Part shown: positions 1 to 9,814 of the stretch, in pieces
How positions within the stretch are numbered: the stretch's first letter is position 1
Layout: each line of letters begins with the position of its first letter
Virus record (IMG/VR): IMGVR_UViG_3300048929_000143
Coordinates: 1 to 63,715 of that record
DNA from: a virus
Length of the DNA: 63,715 nucleotides
Direction: 5' to 3' (one strand)
Translations under genes and position numbers: made by a program
The notes under the pieces: generated by a model
Databases searched by the model: none
The model's input: only the letters and a program-made list of their open reading frames with translations
Told to the model about the DNA's origin: nothing

Positions 1-127
1 AAAACGACGGTACCAAAACCTTCGCCGAAGCAATGGACACCACCAAAAACCCTGAGATTAAGCCGAACCAGGATAAAGCCGCGACAGAAGAAAATCGCAT
101 GGCCGACATCCTCGCGCTGATCCCGGA
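1..127. repeat. Terminal overlap: identical to 63589-63715 (contig closes on itself)
   Basis: Read directly: 1-127 (aaaacgacggtacc...gctgatcccgga) matches the last 127 nt of the window base for base. Confidence 0.95.
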
Positions 128-146
128 TGACATGAAAACCGCGTAA
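1..146 (+). CDS. 3' end of S49 protease/scaffold CDS that begins at 62385 (wraps across junction)
   Basis: Reading frame from 62385 is open to 63715 and continues in phase through the overlap to TAA at 144-146 (...ENRMADILALIPDDMKTA). Confidence 0.8.
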   Translation, partial: NDGTKTFAEAMDTTKNPEIKPNQDKAATEENRMADILALIPDDMKTA

Positions 147-180
147 GCCAACCGGTCCACTGACCTGACGGAGAAGAAAA

Positions 181-582
181 ATGGTACAAGCAATTTACGA
201 ACCGGATGATCTGGCCGGTAACTCAAACTGGGACGGCGTAAAACCGCAACAGCTTTGGGCGGGCGAATATCCGAAACACACGTCCAGCGGCGTGGCCGGT
301 GGCGCGAACACCGTGACGTATGCTAAGTACGAAGTGGTGGCGATGAACAAGACCAATGGCCAGTACATCAAATACGATCCTGCTGGTACTGGCGATGCTC
401 TGGTTCCGGTGGGCTTCACCGCGCAACCGACAGTTGGCGGTGGCCCGATTCAGGTTTATGATTCAGGCGCACCTAACCACGAAGCGCTGGTGTGGCCAGC
501 GTCCATCGACACGTTTGCGAAACGCAAAATCGCGTTCTCGTATGCAGGGTCTAACATTTTTGTCGGCCGTCTGTTAGGCTAA
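181..582 (+). CDS. Head decoration protein (lambda gpD-like)
   Basis: 133 aa between protease and major capsid genes. C-terminal ...VYDSGAPNHEALVWPASIDTFAKRKIAFSYAGSNIFVG resembles gpD (YKSGTF..VLWP...KR.AFAGTAISIV). Confidence 0.75.
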   Translation: MVQAIYEPDDLAGNSNWDGVKPQQLWAGEYPKHTSSGVAGGANTVTYAKYEVVAMNKTNGQYIKYDPAGTGDALVPVGFTAQPTVGGGPIQVYDSGAPNHEALVWPASIDTFAKRKIAFSYAGSNIFVGRLLG

Positions 583-599
583 CAGAATCATAAACATGG

Positions 600-622
600 A
601 CGCCCGATGATCGGGCGTTTTC
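600..622 (+). terminator. Rho-independent terminator/attenuator after decoration gene
   Basis: Stem acgcccga/tcgggcgt (600-607/611-618), 3-nt loop, then TTTT. Confidence 0.7.
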
Positions 623-650
623 AGATTATCGGGTAATAGGGGAATTCAGA

Positions 651-1727
651 ATGTCCGATCAAGTCGTCAACCCTTGGGATACGCAGACCGCGGGCGGCGT
701 TATTCGCAAAATCAAAGTCCCGTTCTCCCTGTTCTTAGGCTTCTATGGCCGTTCGATTTATTTCGAAACGGATAAGATTTTCTTCGAACGCGTGAACACC
801 AACTACCGCCGCGTTGCCCCGTTCGTTGCTCCGAACGTGCAAGGCTGGATTAACCGCCGCGAAGGCTACACTGCCGACTCCCTGGCTCCTGCGTACATCA
901 AGGAGAAAGACGAAGTCGACATCAACGCCCCGCTGATGCGTCTGCCTGGTGAAACTATGGTGTCCGGTTCCTACACGAACCAGCAGCGCCATGACATCAT
1001 CGTGGCCGATCTGGCCGCGCAGCAGAAACAGCGCATCTACAACCGTTTCGAATGGATGGCGTGTGAAGCCGCTAAGAAAGCGGAAGTCACCATCTCCGGC
1101 GAGAAGTATCCTACCCGTACTGTTCAGTTCCCGCGTAATGCTGGCCTGACGCTCGTTACGGACTGGACTGATGCTGCAGCCGACCCGATGGGCGACATTA
1201 GCTCGCTGCGTCGTATCGCAAACACCGAATCGGGCGCGCGCATCGTCGACGTCTACTTCGGCCGCGATGCGTATAACGCGTACTTCAAAGCGCACAAAGA
1301 ACTGCTGGTTGGCCTCGGCGGTCTGATGGATACTCGCCTCGGCGGTTCCGACACTCAGATCACCCGTCTGCTGGATCAGTTCGAAGGTCTGGAATTCGTT
1401 GGCCGCGTATCCGGTCTGAACGGCGCTGGTGAAATCCGTATCTGGATCTACGAAGCGACCTATCTGGATGCAGAAGACAACAGCCAGAAATACTTCCTGG
1501 AGCCGTCCGAAGTATTCGGCATCTCCCCGACAGTGTTTGCTGGTGTGCGTTGCTTCGGTGCAATCAAAGACGGCCGTGCTGGCTGGAAGGCCATGGAAAT
1601 CTTCTCTAAGAACTGGGTATCTCAGGAAGATCCATGGGAAGAGTTCTTCATGTCCCAGTCCGCTCCGTTGATGGTGCCTGGCGATGCGAACGCAACCTTC
1701 TTGATTAAGACCGGTACATCGTCTTAA
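651..1727 (+). CDS. Major capsid protein (lambda gpE family)
   Basis: 358 aa; N-terminal ...NTNYRRVAPFVAPNVQG... pattern typical of Phage_cap_E; lies after the gpD-like gene; GGGGAAT RBS. Confidence 0.85.
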   Translation: MSDQVVNPWDTQTAGGVIRKIKVPFSLFLGFYGRSIYFETDKIFFERVNTNYRRVAPFVAPNVQGWINRREGYTADSLAPAYIKEKDEVDINAPLMRLPGETMVSGSYTNQQRHDIIVADLAAQQKQRIYNRFEWMACEAAKKAEVTISGEKYPTRTVQFPRNAGLTLVTDWTDAAADPMGDISSLRRIANTESGARIVDVYFGRDAYNAYFKAHKELLVGLGGLMDTRLGGSDTQITRLLDQFEGLEFVGRVSGLNGAGEIRIWIYEATYLDAEDNSQKYFLEPSEVFGISPTVFAGVRCFGAIKDGRAGWKAMEIFSKNWVSQEDPWEEFFMSQSAPLMVPGDANATFLIKTGTSS

Positions 1728-1763
1728 TATGAGGTCTGCCAGACCTTAACGACTAAACTAAAA

Positions 1764-1787
1764 GGGCGGCCGGTGTGCCGCCTTTTC
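1764..1787 (+). terminator. Rho-independent terminator after major capsid gene
   Basis: ggcggc/gccgcc stem (1765-1770/1777-1782) followed by TTTT; a second small hairpin aggtct/agacct lies at 1732-1746. Confidence 0.75.
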
Positions 1788-1807
1788 ATTCACTTGAGGA
1801 AACTACT

Positions 1808-2164
1808 ATGCCGCAACGTATCACTAACATCTCTGTCGTCGTCTACCGTGATGGCAAGCGTCAACACCTGCTGCCGAACACTAAGTTCGACTTCACTGCC
1901 GAAGAAGTGAAGAACATCGAATCGGCGCACGAAGGCGCTCTGCGTAAAGCTGACAGCGATGCTGACCGCGTTCTCGATCTGACTAAGGCCGATGCGCCGA
2001 AGCCGCAGGCTCCTAAGTCGGATGAAACCGATAACAAAGAGAAGGCACCGGAAGGCGATAAGCCGCTGACTGCTGCGCAGAAGAAAAAGCAAGCCGAAGC
2101 AGAAGCGAAAGCCAAACTGGCCGACGAGCAGAAATCCTCTGACGCTGACGAAGGCGATCTGTAA
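1808..2164 (+). CDS. Hypothetical protein with Lys/Glu/Asp-rich C-terminal half
   Basis: ATG 1808 preceded by GAGGAA. The track start at 1775 lies inside the terminator hairpin, so it was rejected. Confidence 0.6.
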   Translation: MPQRITNISVVVYRDGKRQHLLPNTKFDFTAEEVKNIESAHEGALRKADSDADRVLDLTKADAPKPQAPKSDETDNKEKAPEGDKPLTAAQKKKQAEAEAKAKLADEQKSSDADEGDL

Positions 2165-2514
2165 TGGCCAAGGGCTTCGACTGGCAGACGGTCAAAGCCC
2201 GCACCCGCCGAGTGGTACACAATACCTTCGGCGGGGACGCGAAATACATGGATTCCATGCAAGCGGAAATCGCCCTTACCGTCCGCTGGCATAACAAAAT
2301 CCAAGTAGGCGGCGACCTGGAAAATGCAGGGTACGCCGAGACAATCGAAGGTATCGAACGCGTCATTTTCGACAGGGAAGAATTACTGGCCAAGGGCGTC
2401 ACGCTCCGCAACAACGGCGTGGTGATTATGGCAGACGGTACCGTCCTGACCCTCGGAACCCAGGAACCTATCGTTGGTCCTATCGAAGTAATCTGGCAGG
2501 TAGCGCGGGGGTAG
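2164..2514 (+). CDS. Head-tail joining/adaptor protein (putative, FII-like position)
   Basis: 116 aa; TAATG overlap with upstream gene; position and size fit a head completion protein. Confidence 0.5.
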   Translation: MAKGFDWQTVKARTRRVVHNTFGGDAKYMDSMQAEIALTVRWHNKIQVGGDLENAGYAETIEGIERVIFDREELLAKGVTLRNNGVVIMADGTVLTLGTQEPIVGPIEVIWQVARG

Positions 2515-2515
2515 T

Positions 2516-3139
2516 ATGCAACCGATCATTGACGTCGCCGCACTCGACGGCCTGCGAGAATACTTCCACCGATTCCCCGACAATTCTAAAGTAGCCATGC
2601 GCATTGCCATTAACGATACCGTGAAAGGCAAAGGCATGGCGCTTATCAAGAACCACATGACCGACGAGATTAACTTCAACAAAAGCTATCTCACCGGCGA
2701 CCGCCTTGGCGTGGCCAAACTGGCTACCAATGAAAATCCCGAAGCCATCATTCGTTCGCGTGACCGAGCTACCAGCCTGGCCAGATTCGCTACCAGTTCC
2801 ACCGTGGGGCGTGGTCCGGAGTCCGGTGTAACGGTGCGCGTGAAGAAGGGCAAGACGACGTTCATCAAGAAAGGCTGGCTGGTTCGACTGAATAAGGGCG
2901 CATCTAAATCGGAAGACCACTACAACCTCGGCCTGGCTGTCCGGCTGGCGCCAGGCGAAACGACACTCGCGCATAAGAAGACGACACACCAGTCCTGGCT
3001 GATTAAAGGATCGGTGGCGCTGCTGTACGGGCCATCGGTAGCGCAGGTCTTCAACGACACCCGCAACAAGGTTGTGGAGCCATTCGGCAATCTTGTTCAG
3101 GCGGAATTCTTACGACAACTTTCGAGGCTTATTGAATGA
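2516..3139 (+). CDS. Head-tail connector / tail completion protein (HK97 gp10-like, putative)
   Basis: 207 aa; N-terminus MQPIIDVAALDGLREYFHRFPDNSKVAMRIAIN resembles gp10-family starts; synteny. Confidence 0.5.
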   Translation: MQPIIDVAALDGLREYFHRFPDNSKVAMRIAINDTVKGKGMALIKNHMTDEINFNKSYLTGDRLGVAKLATNENPEAIIRSRDRATSLARFATSSTVGRGPESGVTVRVKKGKTTFIKKGWLVRLNKGASKSEDHYNLGLAVRLAPGETTLAHKKTTHQSWLIKGSVALLYGPSVAQVFNDTRNKVVEPFGNLVQAEFLRQLSRLIE

Positions 3140-3642
3140 GCGCGCTGATTAAATTGCAAATCCAGCAAAAATTAACGACAATCCTGAACGAAATCACCGT
3201 GGCGAACGGTTTCAGTACCGACAACAAAGGAACTTGGCGGGGCCGGTCGCAGTTCGGCGCAGAAACGCCGGTGCCTTTCCTCGCTCTGCTGGAGTCTCCG
3301 CGTTCGGATATTTCAGACTGGGCGACAGAAGACAACACGGTGAGCAAGGACGCATGGACGGTGCTGATCCAGGGATTCGTATCAGCGAACGGCCAGGAAC
3401 ACCCGACAGATGCGGCGTACATCTTTCTTCATGATGTAGAAACGCAACTTGGCAAAATTGCCGCGACGCGTTCTAATGGCATGAGCGGCGGGAAGTATCC
3501 GGATTACTTCATGTTGGGCGGAATGATCTCTAAGATTGAACTGGACCCTGCAGTCGTCCGCCCTGGTGGCGATGATGTTTCGCCAATGGCGTATTTTTAT
3601 CAGCCGGTCCGGCTTACAATTGTTCGTGACCTTAAATGTTGA
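3136..3642 (+). CDS. Tail terminator-like protein (putative)
   Basis: 168 aa; ATGA overlap with upstream gene; immediately upstream of the major tail gene. Confidence 0.45.
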   Translation: MSALIKLQIQQKLTTILNEITVANGFSTDNKGTWRGRSQFGAETPVPFLALLESPRSDISDWATEDNTVSKDAWTVLIQGFVSANGQEHPTDAAYIFLHDVETQLGKIAATRSNGMSGGKYPDYFMLGGMISKIELDPAVVRPGGDDVSPMAYFYQPVRLTIVRDLKC

Positions 3643-3665
3643 TCAACAAATAAAGGGGGGTCGAA

Positions 3666-4853
3666 ATGGCCACTTGCGTTAATGAGAAAAACAACCTTGT
3701 ATTAGGCCGTGGTCGACTCTTCTTCGACCGTCAGGATAACAAGGGCAATCCGACCGGCGAGCGTTACCTGGGCAACACGCCAGAACTGAACGCCACGCAG
3801 GACGTAACCACCCTGGACCACTTCTCGTCCGATTACGGCGTGAAGGAGATGGACGACCAGATGACCCTGCAGAACACCCGTTCAGGCAGCTTCATCACCG
3901 ATAACATCTCCATTGAGAACGTGGCAGCGTTCTTCGGCGGTAACAGCCAGACTATCGTTAACACTCAGCAGTCCGACGTCAAAGAAGGTCTGAACGGTGA
4001 AAACGCTGTGACTCGCGGTTACTTCTACCAGCTTGGCCAGTCAGTCGACGAGCCGCAAGGCCTGGGTAACATCGACGCAGCGAACTTCGAACTGTATTAC
4101 GCAGCGGCTAACGCCTCTATCGTGATCGGTTCCGGCGACCTGTCTGCCGTTTCCGGCCTGACCCTGCTGCCCGCTGGCAACTACGAACTGGAAGCCGATA
4201 CCGGCCGCGTGTACATCGAACCCGATGCGCCTGACCTGGTAGCGCCGTCTAAGCTGTATGCTCAGTACAACCGCAAAGCCGGTTCCACCGACATGTTCAT
4301 CACCTCCGACGACACCGTTCGCGGGGCGCTGCGCTTCATTTCGGATAACCCGAAAGGTCTGCAGATGAACTACTACTGGCCGCAGGTTAACCTGACGCCA
4401 AACGGTGACTACGCTCTGAAAGGCGACGACTGGCAGCAGCTTTCGTTCAACTTCGGCGTACTGAAAAAAGACTGCAACACGCCATCGCAGATCACCTACC
4501 GTCCTACTCCGGACGCGGGTAACGCGGGTACCGGCGCAACAGTCTCCACGATGACGCTGAACCCGACGTCTATCGCGGGCGACAACACCGCCACCTCTAC
4601 TGTGACCGTTACGGTACTGGATGCGAGCGGACAGCCTGCTAACAACCAGCAGGTAACACTGGCTCGCGGCGCGCTGCCGTCTGGCGTTACTGCGGTGACT
4701 CTGGCACAAACCACCCTGACGACTAACGCGTCCGGCGTGGCCACCACCACCGCCAAGGCTACGGCCACCGGCGCTGGTACCGTGCAGATTACGGCGACTC
4801 TGGTATCCAGCGGAGCAACGAAGACGGCGACGCTTAACGTTACCGCCCCGTAA
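3666..4853 (+). CDS. Major tail protein with C-terminal Ig-like (Big) domain
   Basis: 395 aa; AAGGGGGG RBS. C-terminal ~90 aa is a T/S/V/A-rich beta pattern (TSTVTVTVLDASGQP...VQITATLVSSGATKTATLNVTA) typical of bacterial Ig-like domains. Followed by a terminator and chaperone genes. Confidence 0.75.
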   Translation: MATCVNEKNNLVLGRGRLFFDRQDNKGNPTGERYLGNTPELNATQDVTTLDHFSSDYGVKEMDDQMTLQNTRSGSFITDNISIENVAAFFGGNSQTIVNTQQSDVKEGLNGENAVTRGYFYQLGQSVDEPQGLGNIDAANFELYYAAANASIVIGSGDLSAVSGLTLLPAGNYELEADTGRVYIEPDAPDLVAPSKLYAQYNRKAGSTDMFITSDDTVRGALRFISDNPKGLQMNYYWPQVNLTPNGDYALKGDDWQQLSFNFGVLKKDCNTPSQITYRPTPDAGNAGTGATVSTMTLNPTSIAGDNTATSTVTVTVLDASGQPANNQQVTLARGALPSGVTAVTLAQTTLTTNASGVATTTAKATATGAGTVQITATLVSSGATKTATLNVTAP

Positions 4854-4874
4854 CAGGAAATCAAAATATTCAAA

Positions 4875-4901
4875 GGTCAGGCTAACCCCTGGCCTTTTTT
4901 A
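4875..4901 (+). terminator. Rho-independent terminator after major tail gene
   Basis: ggtcagg/cctggcc stem (one mismatch), then TTTTTT at 4895-4900. Confidence 0.7.
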
Positions 4902-4942
4902 TTTGCTAGATTAGCGATGTCAATAAACAGGAGACTATAACG

Positions 4943-5425
4943 ATGGCCATTCAGAAACGCGCGGTGCCACGCCGCGAAGTAACCGATTCTCAGGGGAACA
5001 TTTACGCCGACGTCCGAGGTCTGGCGTTCTACGACCTGAACCAACTGGTCAGCCTTCATTACGACAACCTGGATAAACTGCTGACCCTGTGGGAGCATTA
5101 TCAGGAAGTGTCGGAACGCAAAGACCCAGGCGCGATGATGACTGACGCGGATTTCGCGGCGTTCATCGCCGATATCTGCGCCAGCGCCCCCGCCATTATG
5201 GCCGACGTCATCGCTATGGCTGCGGACGAACTGGGCGAAGACGGTCAGCCGGATACGGCGTCACTGGAAGAGATTCGCCGCTGGCCGATGCACATTCAGT
5301 GCCGAGCGCTTGGCCACATCTACGCTTTATCTGCAGATGACTTCGGTGGTCCGGTAAAGCTGATCGGAGCGCTGATCCAGCAGGTGAGACTGGCGGCTCC
5401 GAAACTGGGGATGATTCCAGCGTAA
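4943..5425 (+). CDS. Tail assembly chaperone (gpG-like)
   Basis: 160 aa acidic protein between the major tail and tape measure genes; AGGAG RBS. Confidence 0.65.
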   Translation: MAIQKRAVPRREVTDSQGNIYADVRGLAFYDLNQLVSLHYDNLDKLLTLWEHYQEVSERKDPGAMMTDADFAAFIADICASAPAIMADVIAMAADELGEDGQPDTASLEEIRRWPMHIQCRALGHIYALSADDFGGPVKLIGALIQQVRLAAPKLGMIPA

Positions 5426-5688
5426 CACCAGACCCGCGCCATGAAGCCGAGATATGGTTTTCCAACATTCGGGCGCATGTGGTCTACCTGCAAATGAACA
5501 ACGTCCCCGACGCAGACCGGCTCACGCTTGGCAAGTTAATAGGTACCGCCGAGATGGTACGGCGAATGAATAACCGCCAACTGGCCAGCGAAGGGATCGT
5601 GCTGCAAGCCGCCGCGTCGAGTATTATGACTAAAGAGGGCGGTAAGTTTTTCCAGAAAGTTATTAAGGGGCTTATGAGCAATGGCTGA
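5341..5688 (+). CDS. -1 frame extension of tail assembly chaperone (gpGT-like T segment)
   Basis: The -1 frame is open from 5341, overlapping the last 85 nt of the G-like ORF, and ends at 5688 just inside the tape measure start. A GGGG run at 5407-5410 is a possible slip site. Confidence 0.5.
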   Translation, partial: LRWSGKADRSADPAGETGGSETGDDSSVTPDPRHEAEIWFSNIRAHVVYLQMNNVPDADRLTLGKLIGTAEMVRRMNNRQLASEGIVLQAAASSIMTKEGGKFFQKVIKGLMSNG

Positions 5689-8600
5689 CAATAAAGATAT
5701 CACGCTAAGAATCCGCGCGAAGGACTACTCGAAACAGACCTTCGACCAGTTGACCCGGACCATGGACAAACTATCCAAGGCCATGGAAGACCAGCGCGAC
5801 GCGGCTAAGAAGGGCGACGCTTCGGTGCGTGATCTCGAAAACAGCTATAACGACCTGGAGAAAGTGGCCAAGGCGATGCTGCGACAGATCGCCGACGTCA
5901 AAGCCTACGAAAATCAAGCCCGCGCCCTGGACGAGACACGCAAACGTGCTATCGCGGCGGCGCAGGCACAAACGGCATACGCGGCTAAACTGGCGTCGCA
6001 AGATAAGGTTCTCAAGAAGGAAGAGAAGGAACTTGCCCGCCTGTCAGCAGCGCGCGAGCGTGAAGAACGTGCCGTCCTGAGACAGACAGACACCCTGACG
6101 AAACTGGGGCAGCGACTTGCCGGTTACGGCATTGCCGCCAACCAGACGCAGCAGGCAACGAAGCGTATCGAAACCGCCATGACCACCCTGAACGGCGAAC
6201 TGGCCAAGCAGGACAATGCGATCGAGAACAACGCCAAACACCTGCAGCAACTGAAAGCCGCTCAGGAGGCAGCAGCGCAGCAGGAACTGGCCGCCAACCT
6301 CAAACGTCAGCAGGACGCCCTGCGTCAACTGGCCGCCGAGCAGCGCGCCGTGGCGAACGGTTGGAACAGCACGGCCGCGTCTATGCGTACTGCAGGGACA
6401 GCAGCGGTGTCGCTGGCGCAGCAAATCCGGAACATCACCGACCCATCCCGCAACGGCGCGAAGACCCTGGACGGTCTGAATCAGGCCGTGGAAAGAGTGC
6501 GGGCCGGCGTCACCGGCACGAAGAAGCCGATCACCGACTTTGCCGGTAAAATCCGTGAACTGAAAAACGCCCGCGAAACGGTTACGGCGCTGGCGCAGAT
6601 GGTCGACCAGTTCCGCACCCAGACGCAGGAGCTGGCCCGCCTGCGCAGCGAATACAGCCAGGCTCGCGCGGAGGTCATGCGACTGACTCAGGCGCTGACG
6701 CAGACCGGCGCAGACACGGCAGCTATTAGCCAGAAACTTCGTCAGGCGCAGCAGACGCTGTCTCAGCTTTCTACCCAGTTCAGCCGGACGTCGATGTCGG
6801 CGCGTGAGATTCAGCAGCAGTTACGCGCGGCGGGCATCGACACCCGTAACCTGACGGAAGCCGAGCAGCGCCTGATTGCGGCCGCGAAGAACACGACCAC
6901 CGCGCAGAACGCGTTGACCGAAGCGTACCGCCGGAACGGTGCTGCCGCAGACCAGGCGGGCAAGAAAACCAAAGACAACTACGACCAGCAGAAAACCGCG
7001 CTGTCGTGGGCGCAGCGTTTGCGTGGCGAACTGCTGGCGCTGGCTGCTGCATACGGCGGCGTGTTCGGTGCCATCAACCTGGCGAACTCTGCAGTCGATG
7101 CGGCGATTACCCGTCAGCAGACGATGTCCGCGATTGCCGTCGTGGTCGGTAAGGACCAGAAGGCGCAGGCGAAAGAGTGGGAGTACGTCAATCAGGTGGC
7201 CGACTACTTCGGCTCTAACCTGGAAAGCATGGCCAAGTCCTACGGCAAGTTCTCCGCAGCAGCGAAGGGCAGCGGCCTTGGCCAGAAAGAATCGAAGGAA
7301 CTGTTCGAAAACGTCACCTCGATCGGTACCGCATACGGTAAGACCGCCGACCAGATGAACCTTGTCTTCCTGGCGATCGAACAGATGCTGTCGAAGGGGA
7401 ACATCTCAGCGGAAGAATTCAAGCAGCAGTTCGGCGAACAGATCCCTGGCGCGTTTGCGGCCGGTGCGAAAGCGCTTGGCCTTACCGAGCCGGAGTTTCG
7501 TAAGTACATGGAAAACGCCGTGCTGGACTCGACGGCCGTTATCTCCATCATGCGCGACTTGGCCAAGGAAACCACGGACGCTACGGAGCAGATGCGTACC
7601 GGTATCGTGGCGCAGCAGAACGCCCTGGATAACGCGAAGTTCCGCTTCAACCTGGCGCTGGCCGACTCCGGCTTCCTGGACGCGTACCGCAAACTCATTA
7701 CCTCCCTGACTCAGCTTCTGGAAAGCAACGAAGGGAAGCAACTGGCCGAAGACCTTGGCGCCGCGTTTTCTACCGTGGCGGGCGCCGCGCAGTTCCTTGT
7801 GGAGAACCTCGACCTGGTCAAATGGGCGCTGGCCAACATCGCGTTTGTCAAAGGCATCCAGTTGGCCTACTCCTTCGGCACATCGCTGAAAGACCTGGCG
7901 GGTATGGCTTCGACGGCGAACACCAGCATTCGTAACCTGCAGGCAATGATTCTGATCTTCGCCCGCAGCATGGGGACGGCGACAACGGCGACGCGCGGCC
8001 TTGCGTTGGCCATGCGACTGCTGACGCGCGCCATCCCGTACATTGGATGGATCCTGCTGGCGCTTGACATCGGGAAGGTGCTGTACGATCAGTCAGAGAC
8101 AGTCCGCAGTATCGTCGACGGAATGATCAAGTACGTCGTGGTGTCGTTCAACTACATCAAAGGCGTGATCTCCGGCAAGTACAAAGAATTCGACGAACTG
8201 AAAAAAGAGTACGAAGCGAAGAACGCGCCGATCCCGGCAAACGTCAAAGCGCAGACCGAGCAGCTTAAAAAAGACATGGATGCCGTGGCAGGCTTCCGCC
8301 GTTCGCAGACGGAAACCGCGTTTGACCGTCAGGCCGTGGACGAGAAGTCTTTCAACAAGAAACTGGATACGCTGCGTGACAATCTGGCGAAGCAGTCCAT
8401 CGCGCAGCAGAAACGCGTGGCCAAGGACGACCTGAACACCCGCATCTCGCTGGTACGCCAGTCTTACGCCGCGCAGTTGAAGGAAGCCGAGAAGTACGGC
8501 GGCGCCACGCTGAAACGCACAAAGGAACTGATTGAACAGGCGGTGGAGAACGAGCGCAAAGCGTACCAGGCTGACCATGCTGGCAGCGGGGCCGGCGCAG

Positions 8601-9814
8601 TCAACAAACGCGCCAACCTCGTTCAGTCCACCATGACGGATCTGGAACAGGCCGAAAGCCGCGCGCAGAAGAAAGCTGTATACGGCGACCCGACCTCCAG
8701 CTATGGCGAGCGTGAAGCGGCGGCCGTGAAAGCCGCGGTAGACCAGTATAAGGATCTCGAAAACCGCATTAAGAAAATCGCGGCGTTCGATAAGTCCGGC
8801 GCTGCCGCAATGCAGAAGCGACTCGATGTTCTGAAACAGACCACCAGCGAAGCCGTCAAGCAGCAGACCGCCGCGCAGGAATTGCAGCGCCTGCAGGCCA
8901 AGGTGGATTCGAACAGCAAGGAGCGCAAAGATAACGAGGCGTTAATTAACGCGAAAGCGGATGCCGGACTTATCACCGAGCAGCAGCAGGTCGAACAACT
9001 GAACGCCCTGTACGACGAGTCCAAGGTTAAAATCCTGGCGAACATTGATGCCCTGCGCCAGTTCGCTATCGCCAATCAGGCCGCCATGGATCCGGAAGCG
9101 TTTAATGCGCTCATGGTCAACCTGGACACCATGCAGGTGAAGATCGAGAACTCGCAGCGCGCCGTGGAGAAATTCTACGTCCAGTTGACGAGCGGTCTGC
9201 TTAACGGTCTGGACACGGCCTTCGACTCTATCGTGGATAACCTGACGAAAGTTTATCAGGGTACTCAGACATGGGGAGAAGCGGTACAGCAGCTTGGCGT
9301 GACGATGGGTCTGTTCTTCGCAGACCTGATGAAAGATCTTGCCATGGCCATTCTGAAAACGATGATCCTGCGCTACCTGCAGTCGTTCTCCGGCGCTGGC
9401 GGAATCATGGGGTCTATCGGGTCTGCAGCCGGTTCACTGGTCAGTGGCCAGAACCATACCGGCGGTATCGCTGGTGGCAGCGGTGGCCATAAACGTGCGC
9501 TGCCTGCCGGTTCATTCTCTGTGGCGCCACGCTACCACACTGGCGGTATTGCGGGGCAAGCGCCTAACTCCGGCCTGCGCCCTAACGAGGTGCCGAGCGT
9601 ACTGGAACGAGGCGAAGAGGTATTGACGCGGGACGACCCACGCCACATCCTTAACGGCGGCGGCAATAAGGGACCAATGGGCGTCCGTGTGATTGCCGTG
9701 GATGACCAGCGTTCAGCGCTCGCCGAAGCGATGAAGACGCCGGAAGGGCAGCAGGCGCTTATCGTTGGCCTGCGCGGTCAAATCGGTACCGTCAAGAAAA
9801 TGGTGAGGGGCTAA
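5681..9814 (+). CDS. Tail tape measure protein
   Basis: 1377 aa; long coiled-coil Q/A/K/E-rich regions, central hydrophobic segments, C-terminal HTGGIAG repeats; position after G/GT. Confidence 0.9.
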   Translation: MADNKDITLRIRAKDYSKQTFDQLTRTMDKLSKAMEDQRDAAKKGDASVRDLENSYNDLEKVAKAMLRQIADVKAYENQARALDETRKRAIAAAQAQTAYAAKLASQDKVLKKEEKELARLSAAREREERAVLRQTDTLTKLGQRLAGYGIAANQTQQATKRIETAMTTLNGELAKQDNAIENNAKHLQQLKAAQEAAAQQELAANLKRQQDALRQLAAEQRAVANGWNSTAASMRTAGTAAVSLAQQIRNITDPSRNGAKTLDGLNQAVERVRAGVTGTKKPITDFAGKIRELKNARETVTALAQMVDQFRTQTQELARLRSEYSQARAEVMRLTQALTQTGADTAAISQKLRQAQQTLSQLSTQFSRTSMSAREIQQQLRAAGIDTRNLTEAEQRLIAAAKNTTTAQNALTEAYRRNGAAADQAGKKTKDNYDQQKTALSWAQRLRGELLALAAAYGGVFGAINLANSAVDAAITRQQTMSAIAVVVGKDQKAQAKEWEYVNQVADYFGSNLESMAKSYGKFSAAAKGSGLGQKESKELFENVTSIGTAYGKTADQMNLVFLAIEQMLSKGNISAEEFKQQFGEQIPGAFAAGAKALGLTEPEFRKYMENAVLDSTAVISIMRDLAKETTDATEQMRTGIVAQQNALDNAKFRFNLALADSGFLDAYRKLITSLTQLLESNEGKQLAEDLGAAFSTVAGAAQFLVENLDLVKWALANIAFVKGIQLAYSFGTSLKDLAGMASTANTSIRNLQAMILIFARSMGTATTATRGLALAMRLLTRAIPYIGWILLALDIGKVLYDQSETVRSIVDGMIKYVVVSFNYIKGVISGKYKEFDELKKEYEAKNAPIPANVKAQTEQLKKDMDAVAGFRRSQTETAFDRQAVDEKSFNKKLDTLRDNLAKQSIAQQKRVAKDDLNTRISLVRQSYAAQLKEAEKYGGATLKRTKELIEQAVENERKAYQADHAGSGAGAVNKRANLVQSTMTDLEQAESRAQKKAVYGDPTSSYGEREAAAVKAAVDQYKDLENRIKKIAAFDKSGAAAMQKRLDVLKQTTSEAVKQQTAAQELQRLQAKVDSNSKERKDNEALINAKADAGLITEQQQVEQLNALYDESKVKILANIDALRQFAIANQAAMDPEAFNALMVNLDTMQVKIENSQRAVEKFYVQLTSGLLNGLDTAFDSIVDNLTKVYQGTQTWGEAVQQLGVTMGLFFADLMKDLAMAILKTMILRYLQSFSGAGGIMGSIGSAAGSLVSGQNHTGGIAGGSGGHKRALPAGSFSVAPRYHTGGIAGQAPNSGLRPNEVPSVLERGEEVLTRDDPRHILNGGGNKGPMGVRVIAVDDQRSALAEAMKTPEGQQALIVGLRGQIGTVKKMVRG

